From Escherichia coli (GTDB taxonomy: Bacteria > Pseudomonadota > Gammaproteobacteria > Enterobacterales > Enterobacteriaceae), in the NCBI RefSeq assembly GCF_024502345.1, contig NZ_JALDNN010000001.1: DNA of 64,000 nucleotides. One strand, given 5' to 3'. The notes beneath the pieces were generated by a model, which saw nothing but the letters and a program-made list of their open reading frames with translations, was not told where the DNA came from and ran no database searches. Numbering within the stretch: the first letter of the stretch is position 1; every line of letters begins with the position of its first letter. A program made the translations under genes and the position numbers. Below, one piece after another: positions 21,563-33,207 of the stretch.

Positions 21563-23216
21563 TCACGCATACCTGCTTGAAAACTCGTCCATCGAATTAG
21601 ATACCGTAAAATTCACCTCATCACCCAGTGCTTCAAAATGTGCATAACCACATTTTATTTTGGCATTTTCCTCCGGACGTCGTTCCACCGAGAAAAGCGT
21701 GCTTTTGGTTTCGACAACGAAATAGAGCTTTTCTTTTCCGTCCTTTTCGATCAGCACCGCCCAGTCGGGGTTGTAACCGCCTAATGGGGTATCGATTTTG
21801 AACCAACTAGGGAGTTTGGCGTAAAGTTTGATATCCTCGTTTCGCTCGAAGGCCGAGGCGAATTCCAATTCGATATCAGAGTCGTAAACCACGTGGTCGA
21901 AGACGGACTTCGTCATACCAGCGGTAGTTGGCGACCTTGTCGATAAAAAACAGGCTCAGCACCTTAATGCCCTGTGGGCGCAGGCGCATTTCTTTATCGA
22001 GATGCTCTTCAATGGTTTTGCGGATCTGCAGGCGTTTAAATTCATCCGGATCAACTTCTCCCAAGGCCTGACCCAGTTTCAGAATATCGGGCTTACTGGT
22101 AAAGCTGATGTATTCATTGCCCTGTTCGCAGTAGATGTCATCAATAATGTAGCCGTCATATACATCGCGGCCACCGCTGTACCTGGCATCCAGCAAATCC
22201 GCTCCGCTGGTCACCGTGACTTCCTTGCGCTTAATGCTGCCATTCTTCAGGCGAGCATCAATTTCGATTTTGGCACTGATCGGGCTTTTTTTATTGTTCA
22301 CACTGACCAGCTTGATAAAGGCCTTATTGTGGCCGTCCTTAACCTCAATGCCTGCCACTTCAATCTGCTTAACCAGTTTTTGCTCGTAGGCATCAACTGA
22401 ATCAAGCTTGTAGAGCATATGGTGCTTTTCCACATGGGTAGCTGAATAACGCAGTGTACACATGGGATTAAGCGAGGCGATGGCCTCTTTACTCTTATCT
22501 GTGGTGTCAACACTCTGCGGCTCATCGACAATCACAATTGGGTTGGTTTGCTGGATAAATTCGATCGGCTTGGCACCGGTCATCCGGTCGTGTGCCCGGT
22601 GAATGATGTTGGCTTTGTTCTCTTGCTCCGGGTCGCTAAAGCTTTTCCGGAAGGCATCGATATTGATGACCATGATCTGAATGTCAGGGCTGGTCGCAAA
22701 GTTACGCACATCCGACAGCTTACTGGAATCGTAGGTGAAATAGTCGAAGGCAACGTTTTCGTACAGCTCTTTAAAATGAGTCGCCGTAATTTCCAGTGAC
22801 TTCTGCACTCCTTCTTTAATGGCGATGGACGGCACCACGATAATAAACTTGGTAAAGCCATAGAGCCGGTTCATTTCGAAAACTGTACGCAGGTAAACAT
22901 AGGTTTTACCCGTTCCGGTTTCCATTTCCACGGTTAAGTGAATGCCGTATTTCGAGTCAAATGACTCTGACGGCGCGAGGCCATTTTTCAGCTGTATTTT
23001 GCGGATATTGGCATGGATGTCTTCATCCAGCAGGCGTAGGCGGTTACCAATACCCAGGGTATCTTCCTGAATACCATGAAACAGCGAGCCTTCTTCCCAG
23101 GAATGCAGCGGTGCTACCGTAAAGTTGGTCTGGCAGATTTCCTGGCCGGCGAATACGCCCGTTACTGACTCAATCGCATCACGCTGATAGCCAAGGTGAT
23201 AGCTGTAACTCTTCAA
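21563..23216 (-). pseudogene. res: Type III restriction Res-like SF2 helicase-nuclease, disrupted (frameshift between helicase N-terminal part and C-terminal PD-(D/E)xK nuclease part; helicase domain 2 apparently missing)
   Basis: ORF 21876..23216 has YQRDAI, METGTGKT (Walker A), IVDEPQ (Walker B), SAT motif; ORF 21563..21916 in another frame has GYNPDW...FVVETK nuclease motif; frames overlap 21879-21955 around an A6/T6 tract at 21945-21950. Confidence 0.65.
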
Positions 23217-23700
23217 TGACCCACTTTGCTTGATCCGCTCTGTTTATGCGCTTGTCCGCCAGGCAGATAGCCAGTTGTTCTTTGTCGTGTTGTTTTTCGC
23301 GTACGTTTGAATCCGAATCGCCAGTGCCCTCTGTGCCTTTGTTTTCAGCGTGCACAAAGAAAATTACTAATGGGTAAGGTATCGCCCTGTTGATCAGCTG
23401 ACCAATTCGTTCTGCGCTTTTGGTATTGCTTAATTCCACGTGCAGAAAGGCCAGCTCACCATAGTCGCGCAGGTCGTCACTAAAAGGCGCGATATTGATG
23501 GTGCTGGGCTTTAGGGTGTAGAGCCAACGGATTTTATCAACATCGTCCTTCAGAGCCTTTTTGTCTTTAGCGTCCAGGTCGGCGTGCTCCTGAAACATCT
23601 TTTTGAACAGGGGCTTATTGAGCACACAGCTATTGGGCACGTTCAAGCCTTCCAGAAAGGCTTCGAATTGTGGCAAGCCTAACCTCATATCAGACATCAC
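23179..23700 (-). CDS. Hypothetical protein (possibly DUF4391-like), 38-bp overlap with res-like gene
   Basis: 173-aa ORF co-oriented and overlapping res start; DUF4391 assignment is from memory only. Confidence 0.35.
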   Translation of the reverse strand: MMSDMRLGLPQFEAFLEGLNVPNSCVLNKPLFKKMFQEHADLDAKDKKALKDDVDKIRWLYTLKPSTINIAPFSDDLRDYGELAFLHVELSNTKSAERIGQLINRAIPYPLVIFFVHAENKGTEGTGDSDSNVREKQHDKEQLAICLADKRINRADQAKWVIEELQLSPWLSA

Positions 23701-24403
23701 GCTCTCCTTGACCTTCTGTTCCCTGAGTAACGGCTGTCAATATCAGGTAGGACACCACCATAAAGTCTTCAATGCCCTGACTGGAGGTGGCGGTAAGTAC
23801 AGTACCGCCTTTGGCAAACAGGCTTTCAATGCCTTTTTCTTCGCTCTTCCCGGCAATGCTATCTACAGCGACAGCTAATAGGTGCTGAAAGTGGCTCATA
23901 TCACACCCGTGGCGTGTCATGCGGTTAACTTCGGTGATGGCGGGTTGATCGGGCACTTTGTGCTTAAAGGCTTCACGCTTGAGCAGATCGAGTATCTTTT
24001 TACTTTGGGTGAAGTTCAGCTCAACTACAGTGCTGCCTTCGGCATCAGCGGTCACGTAGATCAGGAAGTAAGGTGCCAGCGGGTAATTATCATCTACCTG
24101 AACCGCTTCTTTACCGCTGCGGATATTCTTCAGGCAGAAGATGACGCCGGGTTTGATGCCATCGGCGACCATATCTTCGTCAATGCTGACGGCGGCATAC
24201 AGGCCTAGCGGTGTTTGCTCCAGCGTTGCGAGACGGGCCTTATCGTTCATGTAGCCTGACAGATCCATGCGGAAGTCATTGAGGGTAAGGTCGGTAATGG
24301 ATACCGGATGGGGCGTGGAGGATATGGTAGCAACCATGATGCGCTGTCTGCCGGACCGCGCCACCAGCCCAGTAGCGACACAGTTGCACGGGAGGCTCTG
24401 CAC
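23690..24403 (-). pseudogene. Hypothetical ORF, probably the 3' portion of a 5'-truncated gene
   Basis: GTG-initiated 237-aa ORF; same frame stays open a further 72 codons upstream (to about 24619) without any ATG/GTG/TTG; upstream part is GC-rich unlike the body. Confidence 0.4.
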
Positions 24404-24835
24404 GGAGCCGGTAAAGTCGCAGGCCCGTGACGGCTTCGGTGAGGCGGTGGGGCGGGTGTTCGATACGGCAGAGTCATCGTCATTCCTGCCTGCGCCGCTG
24501 AAGACGGTGATACGTACCGTGCGTGATGCGGTGGTGTCTGTAGCCCGCGCGGTCTGGGACTGGATCTTCTTCTGAATGAGTAAAAGGTCATCAGCGTTGT
24601 AGTGGATGGCTCTGTTTATTCACAGCCTGGTGGATGATTATTTTAAAGCAGACACAACCTGTCCTGACCAGCAAAAGATATCACCAGTCATAAGCGCGTC
24701 ACCACTGCCGACGTTGCATCCACGCAGTCTTCTCGCGCCAGGCGTTTCGCTACGTATCACGGACATAACCTGTCAGTCTCATCCTTTACAGTAATACCTT
24801 CTTAATTAATCAATTACCAAACACGGAGATAATAC

Positions 24836-25159
24836 ATGTCTCAGACTGAGCGTCGTTATGACCGCCTGTCTGTCCGGCTTTCTCTGATTATCAGCCGTCT
24901 GCTCGCGGGTGAAACGCTGAATATGCGCAAACTGGCCGCTGAGTTTGGCGTCTCGGAGCGTACCCGCCAGCAGTCAGCGGCTGTGGCGTCACAATACACC
25001 AACGTTGCTACAGAGGATGACCAGAACACACATTTTCGCCTGGTGGTCCGGGATACCGACGGCAGGATGCACTGGCGGGCCAGGAACTTTGAGCCGGAGG
25101 CGGGTTACTGGCTGAACCGCTATCTCACCAGCGATGGCATTCGCAGAGCCACAACGTAA
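24836..25159 (+). pseudogene. YfjR-like DeoR/WYL-type HTH regulator, N-terminal fragment (likely disrupted)
   Basis: N-terminus [33 protein letters not shown] is a DeoR-type HTH; remainder lacks the expected continuation; 107 aa versus over 200 expected. Confidence 0.45.
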
Positions 25160-25278
25160 TACATACTACCGTTACCTTCAGCATACCACCCGCAACGATG
25201 TTATAAACAGAGCTAGGCCACACCTCCTTCGGGAAGTGTGGCCTTTCGTATTTTTATCGAGAGAATAAGGAGTTATCC

Positions 25279-26097
25279 ATGCGACTCGCCAGCCGCTTTG
25301 GCCGTATCAATCAGATCCGCCGCGACCGCCCCTTAACCCATGAAGAATTAATGCAGGTTGTTCCCAGCGTCTTCGGGGAAGGTAAGCACGTGTCCCGTTC
25401 AGACCATTACAGCTACATACCGACCATTACCCTGCTGGAGAACCTGCAGCGTGAAGGATTCCAGCCATTCTTTGCCTGCCAGACCCGCGTCAGGGACCAG
25501 AGCCGCCGTGAGCATACGAAACATATGCTGCGCCTGCGTCGCTCCGGGCAGATAACCGGTCAGCAGGTGCCGGAAATTATCCTGCTCAATTCGCATGACG
25601 GTTCGTCCAGTTACCAGATGTTGCCGGGGTATTTCCGTGCCATCTGTACCAACGGTCTCGTCTACGGGCAGTCATTTGGCGAGGTGCGAGTGCCACACCG
25701 GGGAAATGTCGTGGAGAAAGTGATTGAAGGCGCTTACGAAGTCCTCGGTGTGTTCGACCGGGTGGAAGAGAAGCGTGATGCGATGCAGTCGCTTTTACTC
25801 CCGCCACCGGCACAACAGGCTTTTGCCAGAGCCGCGCTGACGTACCGCTTCGGGGAAGAGCACCAGCCGGTGACGGAAGCGCAGATACTGACACCCCGCC
25901 GCTATAAAGACCGTCAGGATGACCTGTGGTCAGTTTTTAATCGGTGCCAGGAGAACCTGCTCAAAGGGGGGCTGCCAGGACGTACTGCCAAAGGCAAACG
26001 CAGCCATACCCGCGCGGTGAAAGGCATCGACGGCGACGTTAAGCTCAACCGGGCACTCTGGGTGATGGCGGAAAAACTGCAGCAGGCGCTGAGCTGA
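25279..26097 (+). CDS. DUF932-family protein (YfjQ/YafZ-like)
   Basis: 272 aa; size and position upstream of the antirestriction-radC-TA module as in E. coli CP4-type prophage remnants. Confidence 0.7.
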   Translation: MRLASRFGRINQIRRDRPLTHEELMQVVPSVFGEGKHVSRSDHYSYIPTITLLENLQREGFQPFFACQTRVRDQSRREHTKHMLRLRRSGQITGQQVPEIILLNSHDGSSSYQMLPGYFRAICTNGLVYGQSFGEVRVPHRGNVVEKVIEGAYEVLGVFDRVEEKRDAMQSLLLPPPAQQAFARAALTYRFGEEHQPVTEAQILTPRRYKDRQDDLWSVFNRCQENLLKGGLPGRTAKGKRSHTRAVKGIDGDVKLNRALWVMAEKLQQALS

Positions 26098-26364
26098 TGC
26101 CACCGCTGCCTGATAACGCCCACCCGGTCGCCATTTATCCTGCCCCCTGGAGAACAACCCCGGCAGCCGCTCCATCTCCGATGACGACCTGTGCGCCTAT
26201 GCTCACACCTTCTTTATCGTCCCGGTGAACTCAGTTTCTGCCGGTTAAGTCTCGCTGACGGCCACTGGCCCTCACACTGTGATGAAGACGGCTATGCGCA
26301 GTCATGTCCGTCACTCCGATTGAACCAGTATCCCCAACACAATGAATGAAAGAGGAAAAACAAC

Positions 26365-26835
26365 ATGACCGATAACACTCTGCCACTGTTCACACCCGCA
26401 GCAGATGCTCTTGCTGCGGCTCAGCATCAGATTATCGCTATACCGGTAACCGATGAGAACCGCATCAGCTTCTGGCCGCAGCACTTTGGCAGCATTCCGC
26501 AGTGGATAATCCTTGAGCCGACCATCTTCGCGTGGATGGACCGCTTCAGCACGGACTACAACGGCGGCATCTGGAATTTTTACACGCTGAGCAACGGCGG
26601 TGCGTTTATGGCCCCGGAAGTGGAGAACGATGAACTCTGGTCGCTGTTTAACACGATGAACGGCAACGGCGGTGACATGAGTGCTGAAGCTGCAGGGATT
26701 GCGGTCTGTCTGATGGCTTACAGCCACCATGCCTGCCGTACCGAATGCGACGCCATGACGGAGCACTACTACCGCCTGCGGGACTACGCGCTCAACCACG
26801 CGGAATGCAACGCCATCATGCACATCATCGACTGA
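26365..26835 (+). CDS. Antirestriction protein (YfjX/YafX family)
   Basis: 156 aa; conserved position immediately upstream of the radC-like gene. Confidence 0.75.
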   Translation: MTDNTLPLFTPAADALAAAQHQIIAIPVTDENRISFWPQHFGSIPQWIILEPTIFAWMDRFSTDYNGGIWNFYTLSNGGAFMAPEVENDELWSLFNTMNGNGGDMSAEAAGIAVCLMAYSHHACRTECDAMTEHYYRLRDYALNHAECNAIMHIID

Positions 26836-26846
26836 GGTCAGCCGCT

Positions 26847-27326
26847 ATGGAGCAACAGTTACCGTTGTTTGCCCGTGAATTAGCCCCTGCCGACCTGCAG
26901 ACAGTCAGGAAAGCCTTATCTCTGTTGAAGTGCCAGCTACGTGAAACCGGGGCGTCATTTACTTCCAGCCATGCCGTCCGCGACTGGCTGCGCCTGCAGC
27001 TCGCGTCACTGGAGCGGGAAGAGTTTACCGCGCTCTTTCTCGATAACCAGCATCGCCTGATAGCCCACGAAACGCTATTTACCGGCACCATCAACCATAC
27101 GCAGGTCCATCCCCGCGAAGTGGTGAAGGCCGGTCTGAAGCATAACTGCGCCGCTGTCATTGTCGCCCATAGCCATCCCTCCGGGGAGGCTGAACCCAGC
27201 AAGGCAGACCGTCAGGTCACTACGCGTATTCAGCAGGCGCTGGACCTGGTTGATATCCGCCTGCTGGACCACCTGGTGGTCGGCGGCATGGAGATCACCT
27301 CGTTTGCAGATCGTGGCTGGCTGTAG
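26847..27326 (+). CDS. RadC-like JAB-domain protein (YfjY/YeeS/YkfG family)
   Basis: JAMM-type motif [14 protein letters not shown]; start placed at MEQQLPLF (track ORF 26745 overlaps upstream gene). Confidence 0.85.
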   Translation: MEQQLPLFARELAPADLQTVRKALSLLKCQLRETGASFTSSHAVRDWLRLQLASLEREEFTALFLDNQHRLIAHETLFTGTINHTQVHPREVVKAGLKHNCAAVIVAHSHPSGEAEPSKADRQVTTRIQQALDLVDIRLLDHLVVGGMEITSFADRGWL

Positions 27327-27346
27327 CACAACAGGAGAATAACCCA

Positions 27347-27568
27347 ATGAAAATTATCAGTAAACGTCAGGCTATGGCGATATACCGCCAGCATCCGCAG
27401 TCCCGGTTGTTTCCCTTCTGCACGGGTAAATACAAATGGTCTGGCAGCATCTGCCACTACGCCGGGCAGGAGGTTCAGGATATCAGCGGTGTGCTCGCGG
27501 TCTTCGCTGAACGCCGTCAGAACCGCAACGGCCACTATGTCGTATTACGCAGCGTCACGCTGAATTAA
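27347..27568 (+). CDS. DUF987 protein (YpjJ/YeeT/YkfH family)
   Basis: 73-aa ORF between radC-like and antitoxin genes, as in yeeS-yeeT-yeeU-yeeV. Confidence 0.7.
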   Translation: MKIISKRQAMAIYRQHPQSRLFPFCTGKYKWSGSICHYAGQEVQDISGVLAVFAERRQNRNGHYVVLRSVTLN

Positions 27569-27591
27569 CACACGTTTAAGGAAGGTTAAAA

Positions 27592-27951
27592 TTGTCGAAT
27601 AAAACACCGATAGTAAACCACGATGTCACTGAACCCTGGTGGGGGCTTAAACGCAGTATCACGCCCTGTTTTGGCGTACGGCTGGTGCAGGCGGGCAACT
27701 GTCTGCATTATCTCGCTGACCGGGCCAGCATCACCGGACAGTTCAGCGACGCGGATTTACGGCATCTCGACCAGGCATTTCCACTGCTGCTCAAACAGCT
27801 TGGACTGATGCTCACCAGCGGTGAACTCACTCCCCGCCATCAGCACTGTGTCACGCTCTATGCAAAAGGGCTGACCTGCGAGGCCGACTCCCTCGGCTCG
27901 CATGGTTACGTATACCTGGCGATTTATCCGACACCAGCGGCAACCGCGTAA
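27592..27951 (+). CDS. Type IV antitoxin, CbeA/YeeU/YfjZ family
   Basis: 119 aa, directly upstream of cbtA-like toxin; non-ATG (TTG) start per track. Confidence 0.8.
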   Translation: MSNKTPIVNHDVTEPWWGLKRSITPCFGVRLVQAGNCLHYLADRASITGQFSDADLRHLDQAFPLLLKQLGLMLTSGELTPRHQHCVTLYAKGLTCEADSLGSHGYVYLAIYPTPAATA

Positions 27952-28001
27952 AGCTTCTTACTACTTACCCTCGTTTTACCCATCAACAAAGAGATCCCAC
28001 T

Positions 28002-28379
28002 ATGCAAACCCAACCACTATCCTCAACGCAGGAGGCTACATCACGCCCGTCACCGGTGGAGATCTGGCAACAGCTTCTGAGCCACCTGTTGGATCGTCAC
28101 TACGGTCTGACGCTTAACGACACGCCGTTTGGCAACGACGGTGTGATTCAGGAGCATATCGACGCCGGTATATCACTGTGCGACGCCGTGAATTTTATTG
28201 TGGAGAAGTACGATCTGGTGCGCATCGATCGTCACGGTTTCAGTACAGAAACACAGTTGCCGCGTCTCACCAGTATCGATATTCTCCGCGCCCGCAAAGC
28301 CACCGGGTTGATGACTCGCAACGATTACAGAACGGTGACCGACATCACCACCGGTAAATACCGTGGGGGGCATCGATGA
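28002..28379 (+). CDS. Type IV toxin, CbtA/YeeV/YpjF family (cytoskeleton inhibitor)
   Basis: 125 aa; position and size typical of CbtA-family toxins. Confidence 0.8.
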   Translation: MQTQPLSSTQEATSRPSPVEIWQQLLSHLLDRHYGLTLNDTPFGNDGVIQEHIDAGISLCDAVNFIVEKYDLVRIDRHGFSTETQLPRLTSIDILRARKATGLMTRNDYRTVTDITTGKYRGGHR

Positions 28380-28867
28380 AGTTATCCCTGACGGTAGAAG
28401 CCGACGCCATCAACGTTCTGGCCCTGAATGCGGGCCGAATCGCTGTGGATATTGACGGCATTGAACTGGCTGCGCTGATCGATGTGGTCTGTGATAACGG
28501 TTATTCCCTTCGCGTTGCTGACTCCCCCGGAAAGCTGGTCGTTGAAGATCCGCTTCCACCCGTCGCCCGCGTTAATGGCATCCAGTGCAGTACCGCGCAT
28601 ATTACGGAGGAAGACAACGCTCTGCTGTTTACTCTTTCACACCAGAATGAAGACTTTGGTGAGTCGGAATGGATTAGTTACACCGGGTCGGGTTATCTGC
28701 TCCACCTGGGTGCCTGGTCATTTCCGGTCTTACGCCTCAAACGTCTCGGTCTGTCGAAAGCCTGCCGTCGGTTAGTAGTGACGCTTATCCGTCGCTACGC
28801 CGTTGGCATTGTTCATCTGGATGCCTTTGGCGCAGTGCTGCCGGGCTTTGACATTTTCGACTGGTAA
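28376..28867 (+). CDS. YeeW-like hypothetical protein
   Basis: 163-aa ORF overlapping toxin stop by 4 nt, same position as yeeW downstream of yeeV. Confidence 0.55.
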   Translation: MKLSLTVEADAINVLALNAGRIAVDIDGIELAALIDVVCDNGYSLRVADSPGKLVVEDPLPPVARVNGIQCSTAHITEEDNALLFTLSHQNEDFGESEWISYTGSGYLLHLGAWSFPVLRLKRLGLSKACRRLVVTLIRRYAVGIVHLDAFGAVLPGFDIFDW

Positions 28868-28898
28868 ATCTTCTCACCAATAAGCACAGGATATTCTC

Positions 28899-29102
28899 AT
28901 GGAGAAATTAACCACCGAAGTGGCTCTCAACGTTCTGATTGACTGGCTGCAGGACAACATCGATTGTGGGAACATGATTATTTTCGACAACGACGAAGAC
29001 AACACCGATTCAGCAGTGCTGTTGCCCTGGATTGAACGTGCGCGTCAGGACGTTCGCGATCTCCGTCATCTTCAACTTCTGCGACAGACCAGTACAAATT
29101 AA
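28899..29102 (+). CDS. Small hypothetical protein
   Basis: 67-aa ORF with plausible spacing; no motif. Confidence 0.3.
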   Translation: MEKLTTEVALNVLIDWLQDNIDCGNMIIFDNDEDNTDSAVLLPWIERARQDVRDLRHLQLLRQTSTN

Positions 29103-29158
29103 CCACCGAACAGTACTCATCACTTACTCATAATCGCCAGCCCTCACCGGCTGGCGCT

Positions 29159-30034
29159 TTGCTTTATATAAGGAACGAAATAATGTCAGAGCTTACTCTC
29201 ACCAAACCCGAAGTATTAACCGGCCACACCGACGTGATTTGCTCCACCAGCATTGAGCGTATTGTCACCGGACGTAATGCCGCACTGGCGCAGATTGAAG
29301 CGCTGATACAACAACTTGACACTATTTCAACGCTGACCCGCAGTATCGGGGGAAAAACCGCGTTGGACTGGGCTATGAAGCAGGATTTCCGTTGTGGCTG
29401 CTGGCTGATGGAGAAACCAGAAGCAGCGCTGAAGGCCATTACCCGTAATCTCGATCGCAGCATATGGCGAGACCTGATGAAGAAGTCGGGCATGCTTTCG
29501 CTCATGGATGCTCAGGCTCGTGAGCAGTGGTACAACAGCCTGGAAAAGGACGATATTCCCGCTGTCAGTGAAGCCAATATCCTCAGTACGTTTGAGCAGT
29601 TGCACCAGAGCAAAGGCGAGGTGTTTGAGCGTGGGGCGATCAACGTGTTTAAAGGGCTGAGCTGGGATTTTAAGAGCAATAGCCCATGTAAGTTCGGGAA
29701 AAAGATCATCGTTACGGGACTGGTCAAATGTGATCGGTGGGGATTTGGGCTTAACTGGGGCTGGCAACGTGATCGGCTTGCAGACCTTGAACGCATGCTG
29801 ATGCTTCTTGATGGCAAACCGGTTCCCGACAACCGCGCTGACGTTACCCGTCGTCTCAGCGATCATATCCATGCTAATCGGCACAGCAATCGTTACGAGG
29901 ACGAGATGTTTGCGATCAAGTACTTTCAGAAGGGGACAGCGCATATCATCTTCAAACGACCAGAGCTGGTTGATAAGCTGAACGACATCATCGCCCGACA
30001 CTATCCGGGAGCACTGCCAGCGAGAAGAGAGTGA
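29159..30034 (+). CDS. Hypothetical island protein (possibly DUF4942-like), tRNA-proximal
   Basis: 291-aa ORF; last island gene before aspV; family assignment from memory, unverified. Confidence 0.4.
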   Translation: MLYIRNEIMSELTLTKPEVLTGHTDVICSTSIERIVTGRNAALAQIEALIQQLDTISTLTRSIGGKTALDWAMKQDFRCGCWLMEKPEAALKAITRNLDRSIWRDLMKKSGMLSLMDAQAREQWYNSLEKDDIPAVSEANILSTFEQLHQSKGEVFERGAINVFKGLSWDFKSNSPCKFGKKIIVTGLVKCDRWGFGLNWGWQRDRLADLERMLMLLDGKPVPDNRADVTRRLSDHIHANRHSNRYEDEMFAIKYFQKGTAHIIFKRPELVDKLNDIIARHYPGALPARRE

Positions 30035-30114
30035 GTTGTCCGATGCTATCTCAGGTAAGCCAGCGCAAGCCGGACGGTAATGGCATACTGGATGGCATAC
30101 CGAAAAAAACAGAT

Positions 30115-30148
30115 ATAAAAAAGGCCATGCTAATCAATAGCATGGCCT
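30115..30148 (-). terminator. Rho-independent terminator downstream of aspV
   Basis: Perfect 11-bp stem AGGCCATGCTA / TAGCATGGCCT with 5-nt loop followed by T-run on the minus strand. Confidence 0.8.
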
Positions 30149-30155
30149 AGAATAG

Positions 30156-30232
30156 TGGCGGAACGGACGGGACTCGAACCCGCGACCCCCTGCGTGACAG
30201 GCAGGTATTCTAACCGACTGAACTACCGCTCC
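30156..30232 (-). tRNA. aspV: tRNA-Asp (GUC)
   Basis: Exact reverse complement of my recalled E. coli tRNA-Asp sequence incl. CCA; adjacent to dnaQ as in K-12. Confidence 0.95.
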
Positions 30233-30364
30233 GCGTTGTGTTCCGTTGGGAACGAGGCGAATATTACGGATTGCCTCACCCGTCGTCAATGGTTTTTCTC
30301 ATCTTTTGAATCGTTTGCTGCAAAAATCGCCCAAGTCGCTATTTTTAGCGCCTTTCACAGGTAT

Positions 30365-31096
30365 TTATGCTCGCCAGAGGCAGCTTCCGCCTTTCTTCTG
30401 CACCAGATCAAGACGGGCTTCATGTGCTGCAAGCTCTTCATCTGTCGCAAAAACAACGCGTAACTTACTTGCCTGACGTACAATGCGCTGAATTGTTGCT
30501 TCACCTTGTTGCTGTTGTGTCTCTCCTTCCATCGCAAAAGCCATCGACGTTTGACCACCGGTCATCGCCAGATAAACTTCCGCAAGGATCTGGGCATCGA
30601 GTAATGCCCCGTGTAGCGTTCGTTTACTGTTATCTATTTCGTAGCGGGCACATAACGCATCGAGGCTGTTGCGCTTACCAGGAAACATTTTCCTCGCCAC
30701 CGCAAGGCTATCGGTGACCTTACAGAAGGTATTGGTCTTCGGAATATCGCGCTTAAGCAACGAGAACTCGTAGTCCATAAAGCCGATATCGAACGCTGCG
30801 TTATGGATCACCAACTCCGCGCCGCGGATATAGTCCATGAACTCATCGGCTACTTCGGCAAACGTGGGCTTATCGAGCAAAAATTCATCGGCAATACCAT
30901 GTACGCCAAAGGCTTCCGGATCCACCAGCCGATCGGGTTTGAGATAAACATGGAAGTTATTGCCCGTCAGGCGACGGTTCACCACTTCAACGGCACCAAT
31001 CTCAATGATCTTGTGGCCTTCATAGTGCGCACCAATCTGGTTCATACCGGTGGTTTCGGTATCGAGAACGATCTGGCGTGTAATTGCAGTGCTCAT
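30365..31096 (-). CDS. dnaQ: DNA polymerase III epsilon subunit (3'-5' proofreading exonuclease)
   Basis: [20 protein letters not shown]-terminus, 243 aa. Confidence 0.97.
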
Positions 31097-31160
31097 AGCG
31101 GTCATTTATGTCAGACTTGTCGTTTTACAGTTCGATTCAATTACAGGAAGTCTACCAGAG

Positions 31161-31628
31161 ATGCTTAAACAGGTAGAAATTTTCACCGATGGTTCGTGTC
31201 TGGGCAATCCCGGACCTGGGGGTTATGGCGCTATTTTACGCTATCGCGGACGCGAGAAAACTTTTAGCGCTGGCTACACCCGCACCACCAACAACCGCAT
31301 GGAGTTGATGGCCGCTATTGTCGCGCTGGAGGCGTTAAAAGAACATTGCGAAGTCATTTTGAGTACCGACAGCCAGTATGTCCGCCAGGGTATCACCCAG
31401 TGGATCCATAACTGGAAAAAACGTGGCTGGAAAACCGCAGACAAAAAACCAGTAAAAAATGTCGATCTCTGGCAACGTCTTGATGCTGCGCTGGGGCAGC
31501 ATCAAATCAAATGGGAATGGGTAAAAGGCCATGCCGGTCATCCAGAAAACGAACGTTGCGATGAACTGGCTCGTGCCGCGGCAATGAATCCCACACTGGA
31601 AGATACGGGCTACCAAGTCGAAGTTTAA
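31161..31628 (+). CDS. rnhA: Ribonuclease HI
   Basis: [23 protein letters not shown]...; 155 aa; divergent from dnaQ. Confidence 0.97.
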
Positions 31629-32347
31629 GCCTGTGGTTTACGAAATTGCCGGGTGGCGCCGACCGCCTGGCGAATTCGCGGTTTGTTTTTGCTCTGTTTC
31701 ATCGGGTTGAGCGTTAAAGGAATAGTCCGTTTCCGGGCAACGATAAGTTGTAAGCAACCAAGCGCAGGAATATGCGCGCTCAATAGTTTTCCACCATGTT
31801 TATTCCACGGGAGAACGTGGAAACGGCTGGCGTGTAGCACTTCAAAATTCAACAAAGAGAGCCAGTCCAGTTGCCGCATCAGAGTAAACATCCGGCTGTT
31901 ATAGGGCGAGGTTTTTCGCAATACCGGCACAAGTTTGCGTAATCCCATTAAACTAATGGGATTGAAGCCACTAATCACCAGCCAGCCATCATCAATCAAT
32001 ACCCGATCGGCTTCACGCAATAAACGATGCGGATCGGTGCACCACGGCAATGTATGTGCCAGTAGACAAACATCAACGGATTTATCGGCAAAAGGAAGAT
32101 GAAGTGGATCCGCCTGCACCTGGACGGGCATTCCTTGCGCAGAAACATTCACTTGATGAGAAACCGCGCACGCTTCGCAATTGATTTCTGCGCTTAAATT
32201 GCCAATCTTAAGCAGATGAAAACCATACATTTTAGTGAACCACGGGTTGAGCTGGCGCTCCAGCGCCTTGCGATAAAGCTCTCCCCAGGGCAAATCGCCC
32301 CAGCAATCAGGAGCCACGACAGTTTGAGGGACTCTTGCCGGTTTCAT
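31625..32347 (-). CDS. yafS: SAM-dependent methyltransferase YafS
   Basis: Sequence and synteny with K-12 yafS; start taken at internal Met. Confidence 0.9.
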
Positions 32348-32377
32348 CACAACCTTCCGTTTCACACTGAGAGGTAA

Positions 32378-33136
<759 letters not shown>

Positions 33137-33207
33137 TAAAACTTTCTTGTCATCGGCTCCGTTCGCCGTTATGATCGGTCGTCTTTTAAGCAACTATTGA
33201 CACACAC

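Noticed and set aside
21563-23216. Intact functional type III restriction endonuclease
   Set aside because: Reading frame is broken between the helicase and nuclease portions, and helicase motifs V/VI are not present in any frame of the interval.
24247-24591. Overlapping minus (114 aa) and plus (102 aa) ORFs in the GC-rich junction
   Set aside because: Pro/Arg-rich or lacking a plausible start context; the region is better explained as the clipped 5' portion of the neighbouring truncated gene.
26311-26823. 170-aa minus-strand ORF overlapping the antirestriction and radC-like genes
   Set aside because: Antisense to two conserved, well-motifed plus-strand genes; composition-biased translation.
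29159-30155. Integrase adjacent to the tRNA-Asp integration site
   Set aside because: The tRNA-proximal ORF (291 aa) lacks the R..HxxR..Y tyrosine-recombinase pattern; any integrase must lie at the distal, off-window end or has been lost.
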